From Isurus oxyrinchus (Eukaryota), in NCBI GenBank assembly GCA_026770705.1, contig JANJGN010000026.1, forward strand, positions 7,254,001 through 7,318,000: a stretch of DNA of 64,000 nt, in the 5' to 3' direction. The translations under genes and the position numbers were made by a program. Below are positions 37,252 through 49,500 of this stretch, piece by piece; position 1 is the stretch's first letter, and every line of letters starts with the position of its first letter. A model generated the notes under the pieces. It had not been told where the DNA came from, did no database searches, and was given only the letters and a program-made list of their open reading frames with translations.

Positions 37252-40200
37252 ATTCATTCACTTGTGATCTGGGGATGTCGCTGGCAAGGCCAGGGTTCAT
37301 TGCCCATTCATAATAGCCATTAAGAAGGTGGTGGTGAGCTGACTTTTTGGACAGCTGCTGTCCATGTAGTGTGGGTACACCCATAGTGCTGCAATGGAGA
37401 GAGTGCCAGGACTTTGACCCAGCAGCACTGAAGGAACGGCGATACATTTCCAAGTCAGAATGGTGAGTGGCTTGGAGGGCAACTTCAAGGTGGTGTTGTC
37501 CCCCCTTGTATAGGATGCCCTTGCCATTCTAGATGCTGGTGGTCGTGGGTTCGCAATGCGCTCTCTAAGGAGGTTTGATGAGTTCCTGTAGTAAATGTTG
37601 TAGATGATACACTCTGTTGCCACTGTGCATCAGTGCTAGAGTAAGTTTATGTTTCTGGGTGGGGTACCAATAAAGCGGGGTGCATTTTCTTCGATGGTAA
37701 CGAGGTTCTTGAGTATTGTGGGAGCCGAATTCACCAGGCATGTGGAGAGTATTCTATCAGAGTCCTGACTTGTGACTTGTCAATGATGGCCATACTTTCT
37801 GGAGACAGGAGGTGAGTTATTTGCCACACGATTCCTAGCATCTGAGCTGCTCTAGTAGCCACAGTATTTATATGCGTACTATAGTTCTGTTTCTGGTCTA
37901 TGGTAACCCCAAGATGTCGAAAGTGGAGGATTCAGCAATGGTAATGCCATTGAACATCAAGCGGAGATGGTTAGATCCTCTTTTGTCGAATATCGTCATT
38001 GCCTGACACTTGTGTCAGCCCTGGCCTGGAATTTGCCCATGTCTTGCAGCATTTGGACATGGACTTCCTCAGTATCCAAGGAGTCACAAATAGTGCTGAA
38101 CATTGTGCAATCGTCAGCAAGCATCCTTCCTTCTGAGCTTATGATGGAAGGATTGTCATTCTTGTAGCAGCTGAAGATGGTTTGGCTGAGGACCCAATGC
38201 TAAGGAATTCCTGCAGTGATGTCTTGGAACTGAGGGGATTGGCCTCCAAAAACTACAACCATCTTCGTTTGTGCTAGGTATGACTCCAGCCTGCGAAGAG
38301 TTTTCTCCTTGTTTCCCATTTACTCAATTTTTGTTAGAGCTGATTGATGCTATACTTGGCCCAATGCTGCCGTCATGTCAAGTGCACTTACCCTCACCTA
38401 TCCCCTATTGTTCAGCTACATTGTCCAGGATTAAACCAAGGATAAAATGAGGTCAGGAGCTGAATGGTCTGCCTGATCCCAAACTGAGCGTCACTGAGAA
38501 GCTAATTGTTAAGCAAGTGTCGCTTGATAGCAGTGTTGATGACCCCTTCCATTAAGTTACTGATGATCGAATGCAGACTGATGGGGCCGTACGTGGACAG
38601 ATTTGATCTGACCTGCATTTATTTTGTGAATGGGACATACCAGGGCAAACTTGCACACTGCCAGGGAGATCCCAGTTTTGTCGCTGTACTTGGCTGGGGG
38701 CACGGCATGTTCTGGAACTTCTCCTTTTGGAGAAGGCCGAGATGGATCATCCACTCGGCATTCTGGCTTAAGATTCCTAGAAATGCTTCAGCCTTATGTT
38801 TTGCACTGATGTGCTGGGCTCCCCCATCATTGAGGATGTGTGGAGCCTCCTCCTGCATTGAGTTTATGTAATTGACCCCCACCTGTCGCGACTGGATGTG
38901 GCAGGGCTGGAGAGTTTAGAACTGATCCGGTGATTGTGGAACCGCTTATCTATACTTCCTATCAATTGCTGCTTATACTGTTTGGCACACAGGCAGTCCT
39001 GTGTTATAGCTTCACCAGGTTGACACCTCATTTTTAGGTATGCCTGCTGCTACTCCAGGCATGCCTTCCAGCACTCTTCATTTAACCGGGGTTGGATCCC
39101 CGGTAATGGATGAGTGGGGTATATGCTGGGTCATGAGGTCACCGCTGGTGGTTGTATACACTTCTGCTGCTGATGGCCCACAACGCCTCATGGGTGCCCA
39201 GACTTGAGTTACTAGATCTAGCACGGTGGTAGTGCCCCACGACACAATGGAGGCTATAGTCAATGTGGTGATGGGATTATAACTCTACAACGACTGTGTG
39301 GTGGTCATTGCTGCCAATACTGTCACGGACAGATGCACCTGCAGCAGGCAATTTTGTGAGGATGAGGTCAAGAAGGATTTGGCCTCCTTTTAATTTCCTT
39401 ACCCCATGCCGAAGTCCAAACTAGCAGCTATGCCTTTTAGGAATCGGCCTGTAGTGGTGTTACTGATCCATTCCTGCTGATGGGCAATAAAGTCCCCAAA
39501 CGTGAATGTATTCTATGTGCTTTGCCACCCTCAGTGCTTCCTCAAAGTCATGTTTAACATGGAGGAACACTAACTCATCAGCTGAGGCTGGCGGTACATA
39601 TTAATAAGCAAGAAATCTCAGACCCCATGTTTTAACTGACAGCGAGAGGCTTCTGGTGGATTGGAGTGAATGTTGAGAACTGGCAAAGAAACCCCTCCCC
39701 ATTGGGAGATACTGTGCCTCCACTCCTGCTCGCTTTGTACTGTCAATCGGACGAAACATACCCAGGGATGGTGATGGTGATGTCTGGGACCTTATATGTC
39801 AGGTATGATTCCGTGTGTATGACCATGTCAGGCTCCTGTTTGACTAGTTTGTGAGGTGGCTCCAACAACTTTTGCAGAAGCTCACAATGGCTATTAGCGA
39901 GCACTTTTCAGGGTCGACAGAGCCGGGTTTGCCGTTGTTGTTCTTGGTGCCACGGTTTGTCTGCCCGGTTTCAAGTTTTTTAGACTTGTTAATGTTTTAA
40001 TACAACTGGGTCGCTTGAGAAGCCATTTCGAAGGCTAAATGACAGTCAACAACGCTGCTGGATGGTTGGACTCACCTGTAGGCTAGATCAGATAAGGATG
40101 ACAGGTTTCCTTCCTTAAAGGACATCAGTGAACCAGATGTGTTTTTACGACAATCAACAAATGTTTCATGGTCACGCTTAAGCTTTTTATTCAAAATCCA

Positions 40201-40295
40201 CGTTGGATTCAAATTCCAACCACCTGCTCTGGTGGGTTTACTACCCGATCGCCCAGAGCATTACCCTTCCCCTCTTGAACACTGTTCCAGTGACA
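37252..40295 (-). mobile_element. Near full-length Zenon-like LINE with tRNA-like 5' head, disrupted
   Basis: 3' tail at 37252. RT and linker remnants (PHILNDGGAQHISAKHKAEAF; KYSDKTGI). The 5' leader at 39990-40290 matches the SINE head. Confidence 0.88.
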
Positions 40296-40857
40296 AGACT
40301 TTTCCTTATCATAATACATTTGCGTACGGTTGAATACATCCAATCGGTAACCGGCACACCGGTCCCATGCTAAATCTATCCTACTGAGTCCATAAACATG
40401 TAATTCTGCTAACCAATTGTTCTAAAGAACGTATGCACAATTATATTATCAAATCAAAATTAAAACACATACGCAAGGACCTTGGTTCTCACAACTCAAG
40501 ACTGTTTGTGTTTCATCACAGTCCCCTCTTTGTCTATTGTATGGCCTCCCATATCTAAGCTAAACCATCTAACTCTTCTCTGTGCGAGAGGGGAGTCCAC
40601 ATAATCTGATTTATGACCTTTATTGAGTCTCTAGTCTGACTCTCAAGGCTGTACAATGTTCATCTGGTAATCTTCGACTCTCAATATGTTTAGCAGCTAT
40701 GTCTGCTTCGAGATTTTAAGGGTTTTTCAGTTAATTTGTACTGTATTCTCTTTTAGCATTTTTAATTTCCCACTTTTGGCTCTTGGCTAAGCCCAAGCTG
40801 GCCACACATTAAGTTGAGAATTCCTCTTCTGGTCCTTTGGCTGGCCAGTCATCCAGA

Positions 40858-40956
40858 CCTGTCGAAGGGTCATGAGGACTCGAAACGTCAACTCTTTTCT
40901 TCTCCGCCGATGCTGCCAGACCTGCTGAGTTTTTCCAGGTAATTCTGTTCTTGTTT
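40858..40956 (+). mobile_element. Penelope-like terminal repeat fragment with the best hammerhead-like motif in the window
   Basis: CTGTCGA-A-GGGTC-ATGAG-GACTC-GAAAC-GTC at 40859-40889, followed by gatgctgccagacctgctgagtttttccagg. Confidence 0.7.
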
Positions 40957-42231
40957 CCTATTAATATCCAACCTTTAAAAATGTAAATTCCCTTTTGAGA
41001 ACTTTATCAAGAAAGAAACCTCAAAATTTTAAACTTTGTAAGAACTGTAATTTACACTATCAAAACTAAAACGTCTTTTTCAGGTGTAATGATTTGTAAC
41101 CAGATTAGAATTCCCGTATGTTCATTGACACATTCTTTATCTTTGGACAGTATCCTCGTTATTCAAAGTAACCTGTTAAATTACACTGCACTTTACATCT
41201 CAAGATTGTCCCAAATTCAAATTACAGTGCTCTTGGAATGCAGATCTCCTTTTAATATTTAATTCGTCTCTTCAAAAGAAACCCCTTTTTATCCATTGGA
41301 ACCACCTAAATCGTGTGTTTATGTCTTGGTTTTCCTGTAATCCTTATGAATTTCAGGTAATTTTTTTTCCCCTCAGAATTTTAGCATACCAACTCGTATG
41401 TATTAATCCCACTCAGCTTGGAAGCTGGTGATGAGGGTTATTCCCTACTAGTCTGCAAGGGGGTGGTTCAAGGGTTGGTTCATCTCAAACAAAGGAAAGC
41501 CCTTTTTTATCTTTACACTACCTTCAAATTGCGATTTTTGCCAGAAATCTCAACTCAAACCTTATACTCAAAACATTAGAATATTTGAGTATACTTTGCA
41601 CAAACAAACACACACATAAAGGTATGTAATTATATTCCTATAATATTGAACTTAACTCCAAATGAAGCTTCAAGTAGCAGTGGGCGGGATAAAGAGATCT
41701 TGGAGGTTCCACCTATTGGGACAATCGAACTGACTGAAGCTCACAATTTCTCTGCTGCTGCCTGACACTGCTCATTAACCCCCCAGAGGAACCCCCGTTC
41801 TCTCTCTCTCCTCAGCTCTTGAATTTTAGATCAATTCCTGTATTTTAAGTGACAAAAATTCAATAGGGGACATTTCAGGTCTCCTGCCGCTGCGACCAGT
41901 GCAACTTCCCTAAGATGTTTCTATATGATTTTAGTTTGTTGCAGATACAGACTCAGAATGAGTACTGTAGCTTTGTCAGTTTTATCTTTAGCCTGACATC
42001 TCCACCACTCCTTGGATCGTAAGGGCCGGTCACTCGGCTGCCAACCTTGTTGTTTCATTTTGCTGAGCAGCTTTCTATGTGTCCTGGCGAGGTGAAGAGG
42101 TGAAGGGACAGGGTTCCTTCACATCCCCCATTCTGCAATGAACTCGAATTCGGCCTTCTCGGCCATATTGACAAACACACACTCACAAACCGGCCCCCAC
42201 AAACTAAAACAGGGATGCACAGATCCCCCGA

Positions 42232-42533
42232 GCTCCTGGGACTCATTCGCCCCACAATAACCGGGACTCATTCACTCCACAGGAATCGGAACTCGTTAAA
42301 CCCACAATAATTGAGACCCATTCGCCCCATAATAACCGGGACTCGGTCGCCCCACAATAACCGGGACTCACTCACCCCACAATAACCGGGACTCGTTAAT
42401 CCCACAATAACTGGGACTCGTTAATCCCACAATAACCAGGACTGGCTCGTCCCACAATAACCAGGACTCATTAATCCCACAATAACCGGGACTCGTTCGC
42501 CCCATAATAACCGGGACTCGTTTGTCCCACAAT
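42232..42533. repeat. 25-bp tandem repeat (~12 copies, CCCACAATAACCGGGACTCGTTCGC) in the LTR element leader
   Basis: CCCACAATAA recurs at 42251, 42301, 42351, 42376, 42401, 42426, 42451 and 42476. Confidence 0.95.
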
Positions 42534-43544
42534 TGTCCACCTGAGTCTTCCTGGCCTAAACGTTTGGATTCGCAAAATTAGACCTCCATTCTAGCCTGAT
42601 GTGAACAACCAGAGAGCATCTTTCAAAAGGAAAATACTCACCAGGACATTGTTCCCCCTTCACAGAGGTCCGGGTGAATCCTGTTTGTGATGCCAATTGA
42701 AGAAGGGCACACCCTCCAATCCCGCAACTACCACCTAGGCCATTTGAAGTGGAGAAGTTACACTCGCCAATCACACAGTGACCACAGAGACTCAGGATTT
42801 CTTTACCGGTTTTTTTCAAGCATATGCAGGGGAGCCACATTCATTCCCGAGAAGGAAGACCCGGCAGCTCCCTGACTGATCACATTTCACTACTTTTGTA
42901 CATTTTCTTATCGAAAGACATTTGAGTACATTTGAATACATCCAATCGGTACCCGACACACAGGTACCATGTTAAAACTATCCTACTGAGTACATAAACA
43001 TGTGATTCTGCTAACCAATTATTCTAAAGGGTGTATACATAATTATATTATCCAAGCAACATTGAAACACGTAAGCAAAGACCTTGATTCACATAACGCA
43101 GAACTGTTTGTGTTCCATCAAAGCCCTCTCCTTGTCTTTGTAGGTCCTCCCATATCTAAGCTAAACCATCTGCTCGGTCCCTATCTGAGAGAGGAGTATA
43201 CCTAATCTAAATTTATGTCATGTTTTATCTCCAGTCCAGCTCTCAAGGCTTCAATGCACCATTGCACATTTGAATGGTTCTGTCTGCACCTGGTCATTAG
43301 CTCATCTCATGAAACTCTGTAAATCACACAAACTCAAAGCCCCTTTGTAAGCAATGTCCATCTGCTTACCCTCAGCTCTCAATAGGTTAAGCATCCATGG
43401 CTGCTTGGAGATTTTAAGTTTGTTCAGAAAATTCTTATTGTGTGCTTCTTTTTTTATTATATATAGTTAATTTCCCCTAACAGTCTAGATGGGATATTCT
43501 ACAAAAAATCACCACAATATGATTGCTGTAATATGAAACTGAAG

Positions 43545-46500
43545 GGAGTGGGATGGCGAGATTGAGGGGAGTGTGATGTTATGAATGAGGCAAGTGGGAT
43601 ATGGTGGCTGAGGGAAGTAGTACTTAGTGAGGGAGAGGAGTGAGATGCAGAGACTGAGGGAAGTGGGATGTTATGACTGGGGAACCGGGATGTAATGAAC
43701 AAGGAACTGGGATGAATTGACTGAAGGGAGCAGGATGGAGCGACTCAGGGGAGAGGGATGTAATGACTGAGGAGAGTGGGACGTATTGAGTGATACGAGT
43801 GGGATGAAGTGACTGAGGTGAGACGGATGTCATGAGTGAGAGGAGTGGGATGCAGTGACAGAGGGGAGTGGGATGCAGTGACAGAGGGAGTGGGATGTAG
43901 TGACAGAGGGGAGTGGGATGCAGTGACAGAGGGGAGTGGGATGCAGTGACAGAGGGGGGTGGGGGGCAGTGACAGAGGGGGTAGGATGCAGTGACAGAGG
44001 GGGGTGGGGGGCAGTGACAGAGGGGGGTGGGATGCAGTGACAGAGGGGAGTGGGATGCAAAGACAGAGTTGAATGCGGTGCAGTGACAAGTGGAGTGGGA
44101 TGCAGTGACTGAAGGGAGTGGGATGCAGTGACAGAGGGGAGTAGGATGCAGTGACAGAGAGGAGTGGGATGCAGTGAAGGAGCGGGGTTGGATGCAGTGA
44201 CGGAGGGTCTGGGACGCAGCGGTGGAGGGGGTGGGATGCAGTGACAGAGGGGGCTGGGATGCAGTGACGGAAAGTAGTGGGTTGAAGAGACAGAGTGTGT
44301 TGAGAGGCAGTGACAGAAGGGAGTTGGATGCACCGACAGAGGGCAGTGAGATGCAGTGAAGGAGGGGGGGGATGCAATGACTGGGGGTTGGGATGCATTA
44401 GTGGAGGGGGGTGGTATGCAGTAACAGAGTGCGTGGGATGCAGTGACGGAGGGTGGTGGGATGCAGTGACATAGGGGGATGGGATACTGCGGCAGAGGGG
44501 TGAGGGTTGCCCTCACAGATGAAGTGGCATGCAGTGACTGAGGGGGGTGGGATGCAGTGACAGAGGGAGAGGAATGCAGTGACTGAGGGGGTGGGGTGCA
44601 GTGAATGAGGTGGGTGGGATGCAGTGACAGAGGGAAGTGGGGTGCAGTGAGAAGGGCAGTGGGATGCAGTGATAGAAGAGAGTTGGTTGCAGTGACAGAG
44701 GGGTGTGGGATGAAGTGAAAGAGGGGAGTCGATGCAGTGACAGAAGCGAGTGGGATGCGCTGACAGAGGGGTGTGCGGTGCAGTGACAGAGGGAAGTGGG
44801 ATACAGTGAAGGAGGGGGTGGGATGCAGCGGCGAAGGGGGGGAGGATGCAGTGACAGAGGGGGGTGGGATGCAGTGAAGGAGGGGGTGGGATGCAGTGAC
44901 TGAAGGGCGTGGGATTCAATGACTGAGGGGGTTGGGATGCAGAGACAGAGGGGGTTGGGATGCAGTGACGAAGTGGAGTGGGATATAGTGAGATAGGGGA
45001 GGGATGCAGTGACTGAGGGGCTTGGGATGCAGTGACTGAGGGACTTGGGATGCAGTGACTGAGGGGGGTGGGGTGCAGTGAGAAAGGGAGTGGGATGCAG
45101 TGACGGAAGGGAGTTGGTTGCGATGACAGAGGGGAGTGGGATGCAGTGACAGAGTTGAATGCGGTGCAGTGACAAGTGGAGTGGGATGCAGTGACTGAAG
45201 GGTGTTGGTTGCAGTGACAGAGGGGTGTGGGATGAAGTGAATGAGGGGAGTCGATGCAGTGACAGGAGAGCGTGGCATGCGCTGACAGACGGTAGTGCGG
45301 TGGAGTGACAGATGGAAGTGGGATGCAGTGAAGGAGGTGGGTGGGATGGAGTGACAGAGGGGGCTGGGATGCAGTGACGGAAGTAGTGGTTGAAGAGACA
45401 TGGGTGTTGTGAGGCAGTGACGGAGGAGGGTGGGATACCGTGAAAGAAGGTAATGGAATGCAGTGACAGAGGGAAGTGGGATGCAGTGACAGAGGCGAGT
45501 GGGGTTCAGTGACTAAGGGGGTTGGGATGGAGTGTCAGAGAGGGGAGGGATGCATTGACTGAGGGGTTTGGGATGCAGTTACTGATGGGGGTAGGTTGCA
45601 GTGACTGAGGGGGGTGGAATTCAGTGAAAAAAGGGCAGTGGGATGCAGTGACTGAGGGGATTGGGATGCAGTGACTGAGGGGGTGGGGAGGCAGTGACTG
45701 AGAGGGTGGGGTGCAGTGAATGAGGTGGGTGGGATGCAGTGACAGAGGGAAGTGGGGTGCAGTGAGAAGGGCAGTGGGATGCAGTGATAGACGGGAGTTG
45801 GTTGCAGTGACAGCGGGGTGTGGGATGAAGTGAAAGGGGAGTCAATGCAGTGACAGAAGCGAGTGGCATGCGTTGACAGAGGGGAGTGCGGTGCAGTGAC
45901 AGAGGGAAGTGGGATGCAGTGAAGCAAGGGGTGGGATGCAGCGGCGGAGGGGGGTAGGATGCAGTGACAGAGGAAGTGGGATGCAGTGAAGGAGGGGGTG
46001 GGATGCAGTCACGGGGGGCTGGGATGCAGCGGTGGAGGGGGGTAGGATGCATTGACAGAGGGGGCTGGGATGCAATGATGGAAAGAATTGCGTGAAGTGA
46101 CAGAGGCTGTTGAGAGGCAGTGACAGAGGGGGGTGGGATACAGTGAAAGAGGGTAGTGGAATGCAGTGACAGAGGGAAGTGGGATGCAGTGACTGACTGG
46201 AATGGGATGCAGTGACAGAGGGAAGTGGGATGCAGTGACAGAGGTGAGTGGGATTCAGTGACTAAGGGGGTTGGGATGCAGTTACAGAGTTCGGAGAGAT
46301 GCAGTTACAAAGGCAGGTGGGCTGCAGTGACAGAGGGGGTGGGATGCAGTGACAGAGGCGAGTGGGGTTCAGTGACTAAGAGAGTTGGGATGCAGTGACT
46401 GAGGATGTGGGATGCAGTGACAAAGGGAAGGGGGATGTAGTGAATGAGGGGCTTGGGATACAGTGACAGAGGTGGGTGGGATGCAGTGACTGAGGTGGGT

Positions 46501-49500
46501 GGGATACAGATACAGAGGAGGGCGGCTGCAGTGACAAAGGGAGGTGGGATGCAGTGAGAGAGGGGGGTGGGGTTCAGTGAGTGAGGAGGTTGGGATGCAG
46601 TGACTGAGGGGGGTGGGAGGCTGTGACAGAGGTGTGTGGGGTTCAGTGACACAGGGGTGTGATATGCAGTGACAAAGGGGAGTGGGGTTCAGTGACATGG
46701 GGAGTGGGATGCAGTGACAGATGGGATTGGATACAGTGACAGTGGGGAGTGGGATTCAGTGACATACAGGGTTGGGGTGCAGTGACGGGGTGGTCTGGAG
46801 ATGCGGTAACGGACGACGGTGGGATACAGTGACAGAGGGGAGTGGGCTGCAGTGACAGAGGAAGTGGGCTGCAGTGACAGAGGGGAGTGGGGTTCAGTGA
46901 CAGAGGAAGTGGGCTGCAGTGACAGAGGAAGTGGGCTGCAGTGACAGAGGAAGTCGGCTGCAGTGACAGAGGCGAGTGGGGTTCAGTGAGTGAGGAGGTT
47001 GGGATGCAGTAACTGAGGGGCTTGGGATGCAGTGACTGAGGGGGTGGGGATGCAGTGACTGAGGGGCTTGGGATGCAGTGACTGAGGGGGTGGGGATGCA
47101 GTGACTGAGGGGGTGGGGTGCAGTGAGAAGGGGAGTGGGATGCAGTGACGGAAGGGAGTTGGTTCCGGTGACATAGAGGGCTGGGATGCAGTGAAAGAGG
47201 GTAGTGGGAAGATGTGATGGGGGGCTGGGATGCAGAGGCGGAGGGAGGTGGGATGCAGTGACAGAGGGGGCTGGGATGCAGCGATGGAAAGAATTGGGTT
47301 GAAGTGATAGACGGTGTTGAGAGGCAGTGACGGAGGGGGGTGGGATACAGTGAAAGAGGGTAATGGAATGCAGTGACTGAGGGGAGTGGGATACAGTGAC
47401 AGAGGGAAGTGGGATGCAGTGACAAAAGCGAGTGGGGTTCAGTGACTCAGGGGGTTGGGATGCAGTGATAGAGGGTGGTGGGATACAGTGACAGAAGATG
47501 TGGGATGCAGTGACAAAGTGGGGAGGGATGCACTGACTGAGGGGCTTGGGATGCAGTGACAGAGGGTGGTGGGATACAGTGACTGAGGGAGGTGAGATGC
47601 AGTGACAGAGGGCAGAGGGAGGCCGTGACAGAGAGGGGTGGAATGCAGTGCAAGAGGCGGGGGTGGGATGCATGACTGAGGTGTTTGGGATGCAGTTACA
47701 GAGGCAGGTCGGCTTTAGTGACAGAGGGGTTAGAAAGCAGTGACAGAGGCACATGTGATGCATTGACAGAGGGAAGTGGGATGCAGGGACAGAGGCATGT
47801 GGGGTTCAGTGACAAGGGGAGTGGGATGCAGTTACAGAGGGGGCTGGGATGCAGTGACGAAGTGGAGTGGGATACAGTGAGATGGGGAGGGATGCAGTGA
47901 CTGAGGGGCTTGGGATGCAGTGACTGAGGGGCTTAGGATGCAGTGACTGAAGTGAGTTGGTTGCGATGACAGAGGGGAGTGGGATGCAATGACAGAGTTG
48001 AATGCGGTGCAGTGACAAGTGGAGTGGGATGCAGTGACTGAAGGGTGTTGGATGCAGTGACAGAGGGGAGTCTGATGCAGTGAAGGAAGGGAGTGGGATG
48101 CAGTGAAGGAGGGGGGTTGGATGCAGTGAAGGAGGGTCTGGGACGCAGCGGTGGAGGGGGTGGGATGTAGTGACAGAGGGAGCTGGGATGCAGTGACGGA
48201 AAGTAGTGGGTTGAAGAGACAGAGTGTGTTTTGAGGCAGTGACAGAAGGGAGTTGGATGCACCGACAGAGGGCAGTGAGATGCAGTGAAGGAGGGGGGGG
48301 GGATGCAATGACTGGGGGTTGGGATGCATTGGTGGAGGGGGGTGGTATGCAGTAACAGTGTGTGTGGGATGCAGTGATGGAGGGGGGTGGGATGCAGTGA
48401 CATAGGGGGGTGGGATACTGCGGCAGAGCGGAGAGGGTTGCATTGACAGATGAAGTGGCATGCAGTGACTGAGGGAGTGGGATGCAGTGAAAGAGGTGGT
48501 TGGGATGCAGTGACAGACGGGTGTGGGATGCAGTGAATGAGGTGGGTGGGATGCAGTGGCGGAGGGGGTGGGGATGCAGTGACTGAGGGGCTTGGGATGC
48601 AGTGACTGAGGGGCTTGGGATGCAGTGACTGAGGGGGTGGGGATGCAGTGACTGAGGGGCTTGGGATGCAGTGACTGAGGGGGTGGGGATGCAGTGACTG
48701 AGGGGGGTGGGGTGCAGTGAGAAGGGGAGTGGGATGCAGTGACGGAAGGGAGTTGGTTCCGGTGACATAGAGGGCTGGGATGCAGTGAAAGAGGGTAGTG
48801 GGAGGACGTGATGGGGGGCTGGGATGCAGAGTCGGAAGGGGGTGGGATGCAGTGACAGAGGGGGCTGGGATGCAGTGACAGAAAGAATTGGGTTGAAGTG
48901 ACAGACGGTGTTGAGAGGCAGTGACGGAGGGGTGTGGGATACAGTGAAAGAGGGTAATGGAATGCAGTGACTGAGGGGAGTGGAATGCAGTCACTGAGGG
49001 GAGTGGGATACAGGGACAGAGGGAAGTGGTATGCAGTGACAAAAGCGAGTGGGGTTCAGTGACTCAGGGGGTTGGGATGCAGTGACAGAGGGTGGTGGGA
49101 TACAGTGACAGAAGATGTGGGATGCAGTGACAAAGTGGGAAGGGATGCACTGACTGAGGGGCTTGGGATGCAGTGACTGAGGGGGGTGGGATTCAGTGAC
49201 TGAGGGAGGTGAGATGCAGTGACAGAGGGCAGAGGGAGGCCGTGACAGAGTGGGGTGGGATGCAGTGCAAGAGGGGGGGTGGGATGCATGACTGAGGTGG
49301 GTGGGATGCAGTTACAGAGGCAGGTCGGCTTTAGTGACAGAGGGGTTTGAAAGCAGTGACAGAGGCACATGTGATGCATTGACAGAGGGAAGTGGGATGC
49401 AGTGACAGAGGCGTGTGGGGTTCAGTGACAAAGGGAGTGGGATGCAGTGACAGAAGGGGCAGGGATGCAGTGACGAAGTGGGGTGGGATACAGTGAGATA

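Larger units (their letters stand above)
40297..43482 (-). mobile_element. Internally deleted LTR retroelement (ERV-like): 5' LTR 43482-42698, PBS 42695-42678, partial 3' LTR ~40772-40297
   Basis: Diverged direct repeats (40330-40770 vs 42930-43480). The minus-strand LTR begins TG (43482) and ends CA (42698). After 2 nt comes TGGCATCACAAACAGGAT. A purine-rich stretch precedes the 3' LTR. Confidence 0.8.

Noticed and set aside
42232-42533. CRISPR-like 25-bp repeats
   Set aside because: Head-to-tail repeats without spacers, inside an LTR element leader.
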